Assembly: GCA_964650515.1 (NCBI GenBank)
Contig: CAZYUB010000008.1
Coordinates: forward strand, 16,126 to 80,125
DNA: 64,000 nucleotides
DNA from: an uncultured Planctomycetia bacterium
GTDB taxonomy: Bacteria > Omnitrophota > Gorgyraeia > Pluralincolimonadales > Pluralincolimonadaceae
Direction of reading: 5' to 3'
Shown: one piece after another, positions 19,834-28,353 of the stretch
Layout: each line of letters starts with the position of its first letter
Position numbering within the stretch: the first letter of the stretch is position 1
Translations under genes and position numbers: made by a program
The notes under the pieces: model-generated
What the model was told of the DNA's origin: nothing
Seen by the model: the letters and a program-made list of their open reading frames with translations, nothing else
Database searches by the model: none

Positions 19834-21150
19834 ATGGGACACTTAAGGGCAGCAGCAATAGTGGTGTGTTTTGCGATCGTCGCGGTGCTCGCTTCGCAGG
19901 CGGACGCGAGAACACTGGATTACGGCAGCGTCATAAACCGTACCGCGAACATGACCGGCGATCATGATGCGATCAGGCTCGCCCGCCAATACGGGCTCGA
20001 TATCCTGAACCTGACATGGGAGGATACGGGCAGGTACAAGAACTCGAGCGTAGGGCCCAACATAAGCGATATGACGATACAGGTCCAGCAGAAGGACCCG
20101 TATTCGGGCAATTATAACCTGACCTGCATGCCCGTCATACGGTTCCCGAATTTTTCAGACAGGACCGGCGACGTCGACCTCGACAAGCTCTATATCCTCG
20201 TCGGCAACGAGAGGGGTAATAACCTGCAACGCGTGTCATTGCGCGAATTCCTTGGCGATATACGCAAATATATGAGCGAGCCCGACTCATGGAAAGGCGG
20301 CCGCAGGTCCCTGCTCGCGCCGCGCGATTCCCATGTGCTGGTCAGCGCGCAGGCATGTTTCCTGCCGATACCCAAGGAAGGCATAGCGGAATTCAACCCG
20401 GTTTTGTTCAACTACCAGTCGACCGAAGGTGATCCCGCAGTCCTTACCATCCTCGCTACGCGAGAGGGCACGAGCGTTACGGTCATCGATAACAAACGCG
20501 ATGGCTTCAACACCGGCGGCGTATGGGGCCAGCGCCTCTTCTTCAACCAGGACGGCGAGCGCGCGAGCCTTACCGGAAAACGTCTCAGCGATTACCTCGG
20601 GAACAACGATGAAGGTTATTCGGCCGACAGCGGGCCGCACGAGACCGAAGCTCTGAATATGGTGATGCTGATACAGGTCCCCTTAAAGCAGAAGAAACCG
20701 ATGAGGCTCGGTTATGCCTGCGATATGTGCGCGGCTATGCCGGTGTTCAAAAGCGAGTGCGAAAAGAAATATAAGGAAGCCGGAAACGTGGAGAACGCCG
20801 TTATCGGGCACGGCAGGGTCGAAGGGCCGTTCACCGAGATCGCGGGGCTCGATATCGAGCGCGACCCGGCATATCCGATAAGGGTCACCGTGCAGTTCTA
20901 CAAGGCGACAAGCAACGGCATAGTGACGGAGCAGGACATGAAACAGATAGCGGAGCAGATCGAGAAAGTATACGCCAAGGCGGACTATGTGGGCAGCCTC
21001 GTAGTCGGCGGCGACACGCACCGCCCGACGGAATATACGGGCGACAAGAACAAGCCGTGCAACTGGTGGAGGGAATTCTGGAAGAGGCATAATGCGAACA
21101 TGGGTAATACCTGCAGGCCGTCGACACGCCCCGAGTGGGGATTAGATTAA
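19834..21150 (+). CDS. secreted hypothetical protein (signal peptide); the only plus-strand gene
   Basis: Strong RBS (AAAGGAGGAAGCC-ATG); cleavable signal MGHLRAAAIVVCFAIVAVLASQADA; 438 aa with no recognisable motif. Confidence 0.6.
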   Translation: MGHLRAAAIVVCFAIVAVLASQADARTLDYGSVINRTANMTGDHDAIRLARQYGLDILNLTWEDTGRYKNSSVGPNISDMTIQVQQKDPYSGNYNLTCMPVIRFPNFSDRTGDVDLDKLYILVGNERGNNLQRVSLREFLGDIRKYMSEPDSWKGGRRSLLAPRDSHVLVSAQACFLPIPKEGIAEFNPVLFNYQSTEGDPAVLTILATREGTSVTVIDNKRDGFNTGGVWGQRLFFNQDGERASLTGKRLSDYLGNNDEGYSADSGPHETEALNMVMLIQVPLKQKKPMRLGYACDMCAAMPVFKSECEKKYKEAGNVENAVIGHGRVEGPFTEIAGLDIERDPAYPIRVTVQFYKATSNGIVTEQDMKQIAEQIEKVYAKADYVGSLVVGGDTHRPTEYTGDKNKPCNWWREFWKRHNANMGNTCRPSTRPEWGLD

Positions 21151-22263
21151 ACCGTCGGCGATATCCTTGACGATGCCTGCGATGGACAGGCATCCGGTCA
21201 ACCCGGGCGATTCGATCCCGATAAGGTCGATGAGCCCGGGAAAACCTTTTTCGGATTCTTCTTTTATCACGAAATCCCTGAAATCCTCGCCGGGGCCCTG
21301 CAGTTTCGGCCTTATGCCCGACGTATCCGGGCTCAGGTCATCCGGCGATATAAAAGGAAGGAAAGTCCTCGCGCTATCGTAAAATCCTTTTCTCTTTGAC
21401 GCGTCGACGCCGTAATCTATGCGATTCACGTATTCTTCGTCCGGCCCGAGCCTGACGCCTCCGCCGAGGTCGGGCGTTGCGTGTATCCCGAGCCCCGCCC
21501 CCTTCTTTTTAGGCACCGGATACACGAGCCTGCTTATCATCTTCGCCTTCGACGCGCTTACGCGGAAGTAATCCCCCTTGCACGGCTTTATCGCGTATTC
21601 TGCGCTGTCGAGCCCCGCCATCGCCGCAATCCTGCCTGAATCGAGCCCGGCACTGTTTATCAGTATCCTGGTGTGGAAATCCAGCTCTCCGCCGTCGGTA
21701 TCTTTCACCGTTACCTTGTAACCGCCCGCGGCCTTCCCTATGCGCGTCACTTCCGTATTATATGTGATAGTCCCGCCGCGGGACTTGAACTTGCGCTCAA
21801 GGTCCTTCATGAGGCCATGCGTATCCACTATTCCCGTTGACGGCGACCATATCGCGGCTTCGGCGGATATGTTCGGCTCTAGCTTATTGGCGTCTTCCGC
21901 CGATATCAGTTCAAGGCCGGGGACCCCGTTCTCCGTCCCTCTTTTGAAAAGCGCCTCGAGGTCCGGTATCTCTTCTTTGTCCACCGCGACGATGAGCTTG
22001 CCGGTCTTCTTATGCGGGATATTGTTCGCGAGGCAGTATTCGTAAAGCAGCCTGTTGCCTTCTACGCAAACCCTTCTCTTCAACGAGTCCTTCGGATAAT
22101 ATATGCCTGCGTGGATGACTTCGCTGTTGCGCGAACTCGTCTCGCGCCCGAACGAATCGTGCCTCTCTATGAGGAACATATCACTGTATTTTACGGACAA
22201 TGCCGCCGCGGCAGCCAACCCGACGACGCCCGCGCCGATGACCGTTATTTCCGTCTTTTCCAT
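21142..22263 (-). CDS. FAD-dependent oxidoreductase, L-2-hydroxyglutarate oxidase/dehydrogenase-like
   Basis: N-terminal VIGAGVVGLAAA dinucleotide fold; DAO-family architecture. Confidence 0.7.
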   Translation of the reverse strand: MEKTEITVIGAGVVGLAAAAALSVKYSDMFLIERHDSFGRETSSRNSEVIHAGIYYPKDSLKRRVCVEGNRLLYEYCLANNIPHKKTGKLIVAVDKEEIPDLEALFKRGTENGVPGLELISAEDANKLEPNISAEAAIWSPSTGIVDTHGLMKDLERKFKSRGGTITYNTEVTRIGKAAGGYKVTVKDTDGGELDFHTRILINSAGLDSGRIAAMAGLDSAEYAIKPCKGDYFRVSASKAKMISRLVYPVPKKKGAGLGIHATPDLGGGVRLGPDEEYVNRIDYGVDASKRKGFYDSARTFLPFISPDDLSPDTSGIRPKLQGPGEDFRDFVIKEESEKGFPGLIDLIGIESPGLTGCLSIAGIVKDIADGLI

Positions 22264-22267
22264 TTGC

Positions 22268-23479
22268 TTATAAGTATACTATATCATCGGGATGATACAA
22301 AGAAAGAAAAAGGAGCATGTACTCCTTCAGGTGGCGTGTTATGAGGAAATTGTTCTTCACGTGTTCCCTGCCGTTCTCGCCGAGCTTGCGCGCGTAATCC
22401 GGGCTGTGCAGCAACTGTTTCAGCGAGAAACCGGCGCCTTCTATCGAGTTGCATAGCAATCCCGAATACTTGTGCGCTATCTGGAGAGGTATCCCCCCGA
22501 CGTTCGACGCGACGACCGGTTTCGCTTTCCACAACGCTTCCGATACCGTCAGCCCGAACCCTTCCCGCAGGGATTTCTGCATTATGACGGTCGAGGCCCT
22601 CTGCAGAGCGTTTATCTCTATGTCGTTCTGCGCAAGCAGCAATATATGTATATCGGGATCGTCCTTGGCGGCCTCCCTGACCTCAAGAAGGACTTCCGTG
22701 CTCTCCGGATCGTCGGAGGCGCCGCCTCCGGCGAGCACGAGTCGGCAATCGGAGTATCTCTTCACCTGCTTGTAGACCTGTATCACCCCGAGCGGGTCCT
22801 TCAACCTGTCGAAACGCGATATCTGCGTCACTATCGGCTTGTCCTTCGGGATGCCGTATTTTTCCAGCACCGCGTCTATCGTCTCCTGCGGCAGATCCTT
22901 GTTCTTGTCGCTAAGCGGGTCTATCGACGGGGATATCAGGAACTGCCTTATCGGCAATTTTTGCGAGAACGCGGGCGCAGAGAAGACGGACGCGTCATAC
23001 TTGTCGATATAACCCCTGAGGAAATCCCACACCCTTTTATCGGGTTCGGATACGTCGACATGGCAACGCCATACCCATTTGTTGCCTGCCTTTTTGTCCA
23101 CAAGCGCTACCGGCTGGGGGTCGTGTACGAAGACGACGTCGCCGTACGTATTGAGATCCTCTATATTGCTGCGGCTTGTCTCGAGGAAGATATCGAAGTC
23201 CTGGTCGAGCAATTCGACATTGACGCCGTGGAGGGCGTTATGGAATTTCTTCGTCGCCTCGAAGAACCTCTCCCCCCCTTTGATGAAATCCCATCTTGCG
23301 TCGACACCGAGTTCCTTCAGCATCGGCACCATCCTGCTGAGTCTCTCGGCCACGCCGCCGCCCACGGATGTGGACTGTATAGTCTGGATCACCTTGCCCT
23401 TCAGCTTCTCGGCAAGGAGCCTCAGGTCGTCTATCTGCGGCTGCCCGACCACGGGTATATATTCGTCTATCTTTGCCAT
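22268..23479 (-). CDS. treT: trehalose glycosyltransferring synthase-like GT4 glycosyltransferase
   Basis: STSVGGGVAE...FHNALHG N-terminal region collinear with archaeal/bacterial TreT; GT4 C-terminal Rossmann half. Confidence 0.7.
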   Translation of the reverse strand: MAKIDEYIPVVGQPQIDDLRLLAEKLKGKVIQTIQSTSVGGGVAERLSRMVPMLKELGVDARWDFIKGGERFFEATKKFHNALHGVNVELLDQDFDIFLETSRSNIEDLNTYGDVVFVHDPQPVALVDKKAGNKWVWRCHVDVSEPDKRVWDFLRGYIDKYDASVFSAPAFSQKLPIRQFLISPSIDPLSDKNKDLPQETIDAVLEKYGIPKDKPIVTQISRFDRLKDPLGVIQVYKQVKRYSDCRLVLAGGGASDDPESTEVLLEVREAAKDDPDIHILLLAQNDIEINALQRASTVIMQKSLREGFGLTVSEALWKAKPVVASNVGGIPLQIAHKYSGLLCNSIEGAGFSLKQLLHSPDYARKLGENGREHVKNNFLITRHLKEYMLLFLSLYHPDDIVYL

Positions 23480-23480
23480 C

Positions 23481-24152
23481 TCAGGAGGATGCCCTTGTTT
23501 TAATTATGCTGACCATCCTGTTCCTCAGGCCCTCGAGCGTGAACGTATACGGGTCCAGCTGGGATATCTCCCTCGCTATGCGTTCGTCCCCTACCGAGGT
23601 CCTTATCCAGTTGGAAAAATCGTTCGTGTTCTTCTCGAGCCTCAGGCGCGCCTCGAATATGTGATAATAGATCGAATCTATGGTGACCTTGCCCAGCATA
23701 TCCGCGAATTCACCGAGGTCATGCGCGGTATATTTCGTCGATATCACGAAGCTTATCGACTTCATGAAATGGAACTCTTCGTTCTCCCCGGAAAACCTGA
23801 CTTTTGCCATCGGGTTCTTTGCCAGGTATGTTTCTATGGTCGCGGCTATCTTCTCCCTTAGGCTGCGGATAGTGCTGAACTGTACGACATCGATGCTCGC
23901 GAGCCGCTCCCCGAGTTCGTCCTCGCCGAGGACCTCGGTTACCCAATAAGCAAAATCATTCGGGGGTTCGGGCGAAAGGTACTGGTGCTGCTGCAGGAAC
24001 CTGTGCGTATGGTGATAGATGCAGGAGCCGTTGACCTCTTTGACGAGCTCGAGCAGCTGGCCGAGCGTCGATGCCCTCAGGCCGGTCAACTCGGTAAGAT
24101 GCATCCTCGTATAGAATACAAAGGGCTCTTTGGCTGTCCCTGTCTCCGCCAT
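23481..24152 (-). CDS. conserved hypothetical protein inside the trehalose operon
   Basis: 223-aa ORF packed between treT and otsB on the same strand; no known motif. Confidence 0.5.
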   Translation of the reverse strand: MAETGTAKEPFVFYTRMHLTELTGLRASTLGQLLELVKEVNGSCIYHHTHRFLQQHQYLSPEPPNDFAYWVTEVLGEDELGERLASIDVVQFSTIRSLREKIAATIETYLAKNPMAKVRFSGENEEFHFMKSISFVISTKYTAHDLGEFADMLGKVTIDSIYYHIFEARLRLEKNTNDFSNWIRTSVGDERIAREISQLDPYTFTLEGLRNRMVSIIKTRASS

Positions 24153-24156
24153 TCGG

Positions 24157-24903
24157 CTATTCCCTCTCCAGGCGCCCCGCCTGCCTTATGAACCTTATGA
24201 CTTCCTTATAGTCCTTCAGGGAATAAGCGGCCTTCGTCTTGCCCGGCCTCCCGACAAAAACCGTTATCCCCTTCTTGCCCAGCGCCGCAAAAGCGTCCTC
24301 GTCGGTAGTGTCATCGCCGATATACACCGGCAGGACCGGCTCCTTGACGCCAGCGGATGGCCGATGTTTTGCCAGCAACCACATTATGAGCTTGCCTTTA
24401 TCCCAGTCAACCGGAGGTTTTATCTCCAGCACCATCTTGCCTGTGCCTGCCTTGACCTTTCCTCCGGCAATATAACGCGCCGTCGCTTCCCTGAATGCCT
24501 TCCTGATGCGGGGAATATCCTTACGCCCCGCCAGCCTGTAATGAACGCTTAGAGTATAGCCCTTGTCTTCGAGGACCACGCCGTCTATCCCGGCCAGGCC
24601 CCTGCGCAGGTCCTGCGCTATCTTTTTTACGAGTTTACTGAAGCCTGCGGGGACAAAGCTCCTGGATTTGATGCCGGGGCCGCTGACCTCGAGCCCGTGG
24701 TTGCCGGAATACACTATACCTTTGACCCCGACCATCTTCTTTATGTCTTTAAGCGACCTGCCGCTTATGACAGCCAGCCTGCATCCGCCGTCCAGGGCCA
24801 GCCTGCGCAAGAGGCCCCTCGTACTTTTCGGGATGACCGCCTTTCCGGGGGTATCCGCGATCGGGACCAGGGTACCGTCATAATCGAGGAACAGGTATAC
24901 CAT
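24157..24903 (-). CDS. otsB: trehalose-6-phosphate phosphatase (HAD family)
   Basis: FLDYDGTL HAD motif I and IGDDTTDEDAF motif IV. Start set to the internal Met so that start and otsA stop overlap by 1 nt. Confidence 0.85.
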   Translation of the reverse strand: MVYLFLDYDGTLVPIADTPGKAVIPKSTRGLLRRLALDGGCRLAVISGRSLKDIKKMVGVKGIVYSGNHGLEVSGPGIKSRSFVPAGFSKLVKKIAQDLRRGLAGIDGVVLEDKGYTLSVHYRLAGRKDIPRIRKAFREATARYIAGGKVKAGTGKMVLEIKPPVDWDKGKLIMWLLAKHRPSAGVKEPVLPVYIGDDTTDEDAFAALGKKGITVFVGRPGKTKAAYSLKDYKEVIRFIRQAGRLERE

Positions 24904-27137
24904 TATTCTTTTTTCAATGAGGTGAGCTCCGTCACGATGCTGCCGGCCCACTTGAATACGTTGTTATCCCTCACGATATTGCGCATATTTTCCATGCGCT
25001 TCCTCTTGTCTTCTTCCGGCATCTCTATGGCCGTTTTTATCGCGTCGGAGAACTCCTCAATGGAGTAAGGGTTGATCTGCACCGCATCGGTCAGCTCCTT
25101 TGCCGCCCCGGTGAATCGGCTCAGTATCAGGACGCCGTCGAGGCTCTTGTTCGACATAACGTACTCTTTCGCGACGAGGTTCATCCCGTCGTGGAGCGAG
25201 CTTACGATGCAGATATCTGCGATAGCATAATACGGCTTTATCTCTTCCGGCGAAAAATGCTTTTTCAGGTATATGACCGGTTTCCAGTCGCCGTCGGAAT
25301 GCTTCCAGTTCACTTTCTCGACAGCTTCATCTATCTCCGCTATCAGATCGTGGTAACGTTTTATATGCGTCCTGCTCGGGGCCGCAAGCTGCACGAGGAC
25401 GAACTTCCCCTTATATTGAGGGTATTTCTCGAGGAACCTGTCGACCGCAGAGATCCTCTCGACGAGGCCCTTGGTATAATCGATCCTTTCGACGCCGACG
25501 GCCACTATCTTGCCTTTCAGCTCGAATTCCTCTTTAAGGCCGTTGATCGCGCTCATGTCCTGCTTGGCGCTGTCCTCCATGAAGCTGTCTACGCTTATCG
25601 GGAAAGCCCGGACGAACGTCTCTGACCCGGAGCGGACGATGCTGAATTTTTCCGTGTCAACTCGCGACTCAAGCAGCCTGTTGGCGGTATCAAGGAAATT
25701 ATTGCAATGGTACTGGACATGGAACCCTATCAGGTCGCACCCGAGCATCCCGTCGAGTATCTCTTTCTGGTAAGGGCATGTCGCGAATATCTCCGGGTTT
25801 GGCCACGGTATATGCCAGAAGAGCGCTATCGTCGCGTTCGGCTGCTTCTCTTTTATCATCTTCGGCAGAAGCGTAAAATGGTAATCCTGTATGAATATGA
25901 ACGCGTTTTTCGAAGGAAGCTCTTCGAGGATGGCGTCCGCGAATTTCTGGTTCACTTCTTTGTACATCCCCCAGTCCCAATCCCTGAAGACGGGCCGCGT
26001 ATGTGTTATGTGGCAAAGGGGCCATAAGCCCTCGTTCGAGAAACCGTAGTAATAACCCTGCTCCTCCTCCTTCGAGAGCCACACCCTTTTGAGTATATAA
26101 AGGTCCTCGCCCGGCGGCACCGGAAGCTTGTTCTTCGAATTCACGAACTTCCTGTCCTCGTTCCCGCTGCCATGGGCTATCCATGTGCCTCCGCACGCGC
26201 GCAATATCGGGTCTATCGCGGTTACTACGCCGCTCGCGGGGCGTATGCATTTCGTTTTGCCCGTCTCGTCTTCGCTGACATGCATATACGGTTCCCTGTT
26301 CGAGACGACATAGAGGGCATTCTCTCCGAGTTTCGCGAGTACAAGGTCCCGGAGCTTCTCCTGCGTCCAGAGCTCCTCATTCTTCAGCCGTGCCTGGGCC
26401 TCGCCCGATATGGTCTTGCGCGCTATCCTCAGGCTCAATGCTATCTGTTCCACTTCGCTGGCAAGTTTCCCGAAAGCGCCTTTCTCCTTGGTTATAGGAT
26501 GCTGCTCGTCGGTCTCTCCCTTCTGGAAACTGTGGAACCAATCGGTAAGCTGGAGTATCGGTAGTATGAAGATCTGCCTTTGCAGCATCAGCATTACGAG
26601 CGCGATGGACACAACGAGGGTTATCAAGGCCGTGCTAATATGCTTCCACAAGCCGGCCAGCGTCGTAAACACATACGACGTGTCATATATGACCTCGACG
26701 ACGCCCAGCTTGTTGTTCTCATCATCGGTTATCGGAAGGACATAACTGTATACCGAAAATTCCTTGAACTTTTCGAGCGCTCCCCTCGGTGCCCCTCCTT
26801 CCAGCGATTCCTTGACGTAGGGTTTGTCCTTATGCCCCCAGTCCGCGATACGGGAAGTTATGGAGAGTATGTTCCCGTTCCCGTCATAGATAACGCATCC
26901 CTGGAGCCTCTCCCTCTTCTGGAAACTCTCGGTGAGCCGGTTGGCCGACCTGAGGTCGTTGTTAGCAAGGATATACCTCGCGGAAAGCTCCGTGCTCTCC
27001 GCAACTGCCCTCGCTTTCCTTTGCAGGTCGTCCATGAGCTTGCCTTCCTCATAATTGACCTGCACGATGCCGAAGACGGTAAAGACCGCGGCAACGATTA
27101 TGAGTATGGGCAGTATAAAGAGAAGTACTCGCCTCAT
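24903..27137 (-). CDS. otsA: membrane sensor/HAMP domain fused to alpha,alpha-trehalose-phosphate synthase (GT20)
   Basis: C-terminal ~470 aa is a full OtsA (GLWPL, FFLHIPWP-like, LHDGMNLVAKEY). N-terminal ~270 aa has TM1, a ~140-aa extracytoplasmic domain, TM2 and a HAMP-like helix pair. Confidence 0.85.
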   Translation of the reverse strand: MRRVLLFILPILIIVAAVFTVFGIVQVNYEEGKLMDDLQRKARAVAESTELSARYILANNDLRSANRLTESFQKRERLQGCVIYDGNGNILSITSRIADWGHKDKPYVKESLEGGAPRGALEKFKEFSVYSYVLPITDDENNKLGVVEVIYDTSYVFTTLAGLWKHISTALITLVVSIALVMLMLQRQIFILPILQLTDWFHSFQKGETDEQHPITKEKGAFGKLASEVEQIALSLRIARKTISGEAQARLKNEELWTQEKLRDLVLAKLGENALYVVSNREPYMHVSEDETGKTKCIRPASGVVTAIDPILRACGGTWIAHGSGNEDRKFVNSKNKLPVPPGEDLYILKRVWLSKEEEQGYYYGFSNEGLWPLCHITHTRPVFRDWDWGMYKEVNQKFADAILEELPSKNAFIFIQDYHFTLLPKMIKEKQPNATIALFWHIPWPNPEIFATCPYQKEILDGMLGCDLIGFHVQYHCNNFLDTANRLLESRVDTEKFSIVRSGSETFVRAFPISVDSFMEDSAKQDMSAINGLKEEFELKGKIVAVGVERIDYTKGLVERISAVDRFLEKYPQYKGKFVLVQLAAPSRTHIKRYHDLIAEIDEAVEKVNWKHSDGDWKPVIYLKKHFSPEEIKPYYAIADICIVSSLHDGMNLVAKEYVMSNKSLDGVLILSRFTGAAKELTDAVQINPYSIEEFSDAIKTAIEMPEEDKRKRMENMRNIVRDNNVFKWAGSIVTELTSLKKE

Positions 27138-27138
27138 G

Positions 27139-28194
27139 CTATCGGGCCCCTTCCTGTTCGTAGTTTATCGCCCTTATCGGATACGGTATGACTATGCCCT
27201 CTTTATTATACCTCTCGTGCAGCCTCTTTACAAACTCATGTTTTATGAGGTACTGGTCGACAAACTCCTTTGCCCTCAGGATGACAGAGAAGTTTATGCT
27301 GAAATCCCCGAAGGTATGATAACGTATGAACGGCTCAAATCCGGGCAAGCCCCCGGACACTTGCTCCATGACCTCTTTCGCCACCTCGCACGTCACTTTC
27401 TCGACCTTCTTGAGATCGCTATTATAATGGACCCCGAGGTTTACAAGCACCGCCATCTCTTTTTCCGGCAGGTAATAATTCGTCGTGATCACCTGCGTCA
27501 ATTTGGCGTTCGGGACGAGGATGACATTGTTAGCCAGCATCCTTATCTTCGTGCTCCTCCAGGTTATATCGCTGACATAGCCCTCCTCCCCGGTCTCGAG
27601 TTTTATGTAATCGCCTATCTTTATCTGCCTGGCGGCAACGATATGGAAACCGGCGAACAGGTTCGAGAGCGAATCCTGCAACGCAAGCGCAACGGCAAGG
27701 CCTCCTATGCCCAAAGTGGCCAGGATAGGCGTGATCGCTATGCCGAGGTTATTCAATACAAGCAGCAGGCCGACGCCGAATATTATTATCCTGCTTATGT
27801 TCTGCGTGAGCGATGTGACCGGCAACGCGGATTCTATCGCGCTCGAACGCGAAACTATAAGCCTTGTGGCTATATGCGAAAGCGCGATCATGACCGATAT
27901 TGAACCCAGCACGAACAGCGCTTTTCCCCCGATATCAACCCACTTGGCAGGAAGCGAAGAGATCCCGAGCCCAAAATATATGCCGAGCATAAGGCACCAT
28001 ATAATGAACGGGCCTCTGGTTGCGGCAATGATTATGTCGTCTATATCGGTCTTGGTCTTGCTTGCCAAATGCAGGAAATGCCTGAATATAATGCCTCTCA
28101 ACACATAACCGAGCAAGACGGTCCCGAGGCAAACCAACGACGGAAGTATATAGGCCGCTGTACCGTTGAGATTCTGTAAAATAAGCTCCTTCAT
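27139..28194 (-). CDS. mscS: small-conductance mechanosensitive channel, MscS family
   Basis: Three N-terminal TM helices plus the conserved MscS pore and beta domains; RBS AGGAGGG. Confidence 0.85.
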   Translation of the reverse strand: MKELILQNLNGTAAYILPSLVCLGTVLLGYVLRGIIFRHFLHLASKTKTDIDDIIIAATRGPFIIWCLMLGIYFGLGISSLPAKWVDIGGKALFVLGSISVMIALSHIATRLIVSRSSAIESALPVTSLTQNISRIIIFGVGLLLVLNNLGIAITPILATLGIGGLAVALALQDSLSNLFAGFHIVAARQIKIGDYIKLETGEEGYVSDITWRSTKIRMLANNVILVPNAKLTQVITTNYYLPEKEMAVLVNLGVHYNSDLKKVEKVTCEVAKEVMEQVSGGLPGFEPFIRYHTFGDFSINFSVILRAKEFVDQYLIKHEFVKRLHERYNKEGIVIPYPIRAINYEQEGAR

Positions 28195-28235
28195 GCGATA
28201 TCCCTCCTGAAACTAAAAAAAGCGCCCTCCCGCTT

Positions 28236-28278
28236 ACACGAGATGGCGGCCCGACCATCGTAATGCCTCCCGGAGCAA
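28236..28278 (-). repeat. conserved leader module copy 1 (CTCCGGGAGG-N6-ATGGTCGGGCCGCCATCT) in the mscS 5' leader
   Basis: 19-nt core identical to the copy at 54801..54820; flanking similarity ~40 nt. Confidence 0.7.
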
Positions 28279-28304
28279 CCTATTTGCCCGGGACCCGATT
28301 ATCC

Positions 28305-28333
28305 ATTATATTGACATCGGATGGACATAGCAA
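28305..28333 (-). promoter_or_regulatory. sigma70-type promoter of mscS leader (TTGCTA-17-TATAAT)
   Basis: Hexamers and spacing. Confidence 0.5.
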
Positions 28334-28353
28334 GATGTTTCGAACTAACATCT

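Noticed and set aside
17954-19915. 653-aa version of PEPCK with a 65-codon N-terminal extension
   Set aside because: The extension (MFSRPPAKRAPRRSQ...) is low-complexity and overlaps the divergent promoter region. A canonical start at MTTPLEKW gives a normal-length GTP-PEPCK.
28201-28240. Possible terminator AGCG-GGAGGG-CGCU + U7 in the mscS leader
   Set aside because: Only a 4-bp stem. It is kept as part of the attenuator hypothesis but not called as a stand-alone terminator feature.
27935-28258. 107-aa ORF starting MVGPPS
   Set aside because: Only the first ~6 codons are conserved with the second leader copy. The remainder is an out-of-frame read-through across mscS, a GC-rich artefact. 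It is treated as a leader mini-ORF, not a protein gene.
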